NCBI GenBank assembly: GCA_046754105.1
Contig: JBHHVD010000071.1
Coordinates: forward strand, 1 to 16,681
DNA length: 16,681 bases
Origin: Candidatus Krumholzibacteriia bacterium
GTDB lineage: Bacteria > Krumholzibacteriota > Krumholzibacteriia > WVZY01
Direction of reading: 5' to 3'
The notes under the pieces are model-generated. The model saw only the letters and a program-made list of their open reading frames with translations. It did not search any database and had not been told where the DNA came from. Shown here one piece after another: positions 15,350 through 16,681 of this stretch. The number at the start of each line of letters is the position of its first letter. Position 1 is the stretch's first letter. Both the position numbers and the translations under genes were made by a program.

Positions 15350-15652
15350 TCACAACACCGCTTCGAAGCCCTCGAACTGCGGGTGTCCGACGATCGTCGC
15401 TTCGGTCGAGTGCGTCCGGCCGTGCGCGCGCTTGAATGCGTCGGACTTCGTCCACGCCGTGAACGCCTCGCGCGAGTCCCATTGCGAGTGAGACGCGTAC
15501 AGCGTGATCTCGTCCGTGCTGGGGCCGCGCAGGAGGTGAAACTCGCGGAAGCCCGGCACGTCGTCGAGGTACGACTGGCGGTTGCGCCATACCTCCTCGA
15601 ACGCCGATTCCCGGCCCCGTGCGACCTTGAAACGGTTCATCGCAATATACAC
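15350..15652 (-). CDS. ABM-fold monooxygenase, IsdG/HmuQ/MhuD-type heme-degrading enzyme
   Basis: Start reassigned to GTG 15650-15652 behind AAGGAGG, giving MYIAMNRFKV...VPGF...WDSREAFTAWTKSDAFKRAH, with the Asn/Trp/His triad of the IsdG family. Confidence 0.85.
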   Translation of the reverse strand: MYIAMNRFKVARGRESAFEEVWRNRQSYLDDVPGFREFHLLRGPSTDEITLYASHSQWDSREAFTAWTKSDAFKRAHGRTHSTEATIVGHPQFEGFEAVL

Positions 15653-15698
15653 GTACTTCCTCCTTGGCGCGCGCGGCGGCACCCGTCCGCGGAACGGA

Positions 15699-16622
15699 TC
15701 AGTCGATCGCTCCCGAGTAGATGTCCATCACGGTGTGCAGAAACTTGATGGCCGCATCCCGCGGGCGCTGGAACGAATTGCGTCCGATGATCGAGCCGAA
15801 GCCGCCGCCGTCGCGAATCGCTCGGATGTCGTTGAAGAACGGCTCGTCACCCTGCTTGCTGCCGCCCGAGAAGATGACGACCCTCCGGCCGTCGAAGGCA
15901 CTCTGGACGACGTGCTTGACACGGTCTGCGACGGTGCCGATCGGCACGTCCTGTCCTTCGTACACCTTGCGTGCCGCGTCCTGTTCGATGTGATCGCTGG
16001 GCAGCTTTACTTTAATGACGTGGGCGCCCATTTGCGAGGCGATCTGTGCTGCGTACGCGACCACGTCGATACCCGTCTCACCGGCCTTGCTCAAGCTGGT
16101 GCCGCGCGGGTAGGACCACACGACGACGGCGAGCCCGGCGTCCTTGGCCTCGGCGGCCAGCTCGCGCAGCTGCTCGAACATATCCCGCCACATGGCCGAC
16201 CCCGGGTAGATCGTAAACCCGATCGCCGCACACCCCAGCCGCAACGCGTCCTGCACGTCGCTCGTGAGGGCGGGAACGGGGTCCTTCTCACCGGTGAGCG
16301 AGTCGTGGTTGTTCACCTTGAGGATCAACGGCAGCTCCGCCGCGTAGCGGTCGGCGACGGCCGCGATCGATCCGAACGGCGCCGCGTAGGCGTTGCAGCC
16401 CGCGTCGACGGCGAGCTCGGCGTGGTAGAACGGATCGTACCCGAGCGGGTTCTCGGCGAAGCTCCGGGCCGGACCGTGCTCGAAGCCCTGGTCCACCGGC
16501 AGCACCACGAGCTTGCCGGTGCCGGCCAGCCGTCCGTGATTGAGGATCCGCGCAAGGTTGGCCCGGGTGCCCGGGTTGTCCGCCGGATAATTATCCAGTA
16601 TTTTTCGCACCGCTTCAGTCAT
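15699..16622 (-). CDS. fbaB: Class I fructose-bisphosphate aldolase (DhnA/FbaB family)
   Basis: GKLVVLPVDQGFEHGP, GFTIYPGS, VVWSYPRG, GAHVIKVK (Schiff-base Lys), FSGG, GSIIGRN; AAGGAG RBS. Confidence 0.93.
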   Translation of the reverse strand: MTEAVRKILDNYPADNPGTRANLARILNHGRLAGTGKLVVLPVDQGFEHGPARSFAENPLGYDPFYHAELAVDAGCNAYAAPFGSIAAVADRYAAELPLILKVNNHDSLTGEKDPVPALTSDVQDALRLGCAAIGFTIYPGSAMWRDMFEQLRELAAEAKDAGLAVVVWSYPRGTSLSKAGETGIDVVAYAAQIASQMGAHVIKVKLPSDHIEQDAARKVYEGQDVPIGTVADRVKHVVQSAFDGRRVVIFSGGSKQGDEPFFNDIRAIRDGGGFGSIIGRNSFQRPRDAAIKFLHTVMDIYSGAID

Positions 16623-16681
16623 GGTCCCCTCTCCTTGTGGATCTTGGAAGATTCGTGTTTTCTCGGCGCGGCAACGCGCCG

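Noticed and set aside
1..16681. CRISPR array, IS/integrase, prophage, defence system, tRNA or rRNA
   Set aside because: No repeat-spacer arrays, recombinase/transposase/phage motifs or RNA-gene signatures seen; the short repeats found have only 2-3 copies and no unique spacers.

Overview
High-GC bacterial chromosomal window (roughly 65% GC by eye), almost entirely minus-strand housekeeping and envelope genes. No mobile element, CRISPR array, tRNA or rRNA is evident. In transcription order (right to left): class I fructose-bisphosphate aldolase and an IsdG-type heme-degrading monooxygenase; a putative envelope quality-control unit (twin zinc-finger protein, lemA, an htpX-like M48 protease with two extra C-terminal zinc ribbons, a small outer-membrane beta-barrel) preceded by a sigma54-like promoter and an AT-rich palindrome; a KamA-family radical SAM aminomutase with a long leader; bifunctional ftcD; a 90-aa probable Sm/Hfq-fold protein with its own promoter; a divergent plus-strand pair (M29/AmpS aminopeptidase and a small HEXXH protein); and a PyrR-attenuated operon pyrR-pyrB-pyrC-[TPR lipoprotein]-pyrK-pyrD-pyrF (pyrF cut by the window edge) with a clear PyrR-binding loop. 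The strongest leads are (i) the KamA homolog whose lysine-binding aspartates appear replaced (Asp to Arg, Asp to Ser/His), suggesting a non-lysine substrate, (ii) the zinc-ribbon-rich LemA/HtpX module and its putative sigma54 control, (iii) the orphan Sm-like protein, and (iv) a TPR lipoprotein sitting where carAB lies in the Bacillus-type pyr operon. All family assignments come from motif recognition without database searches.
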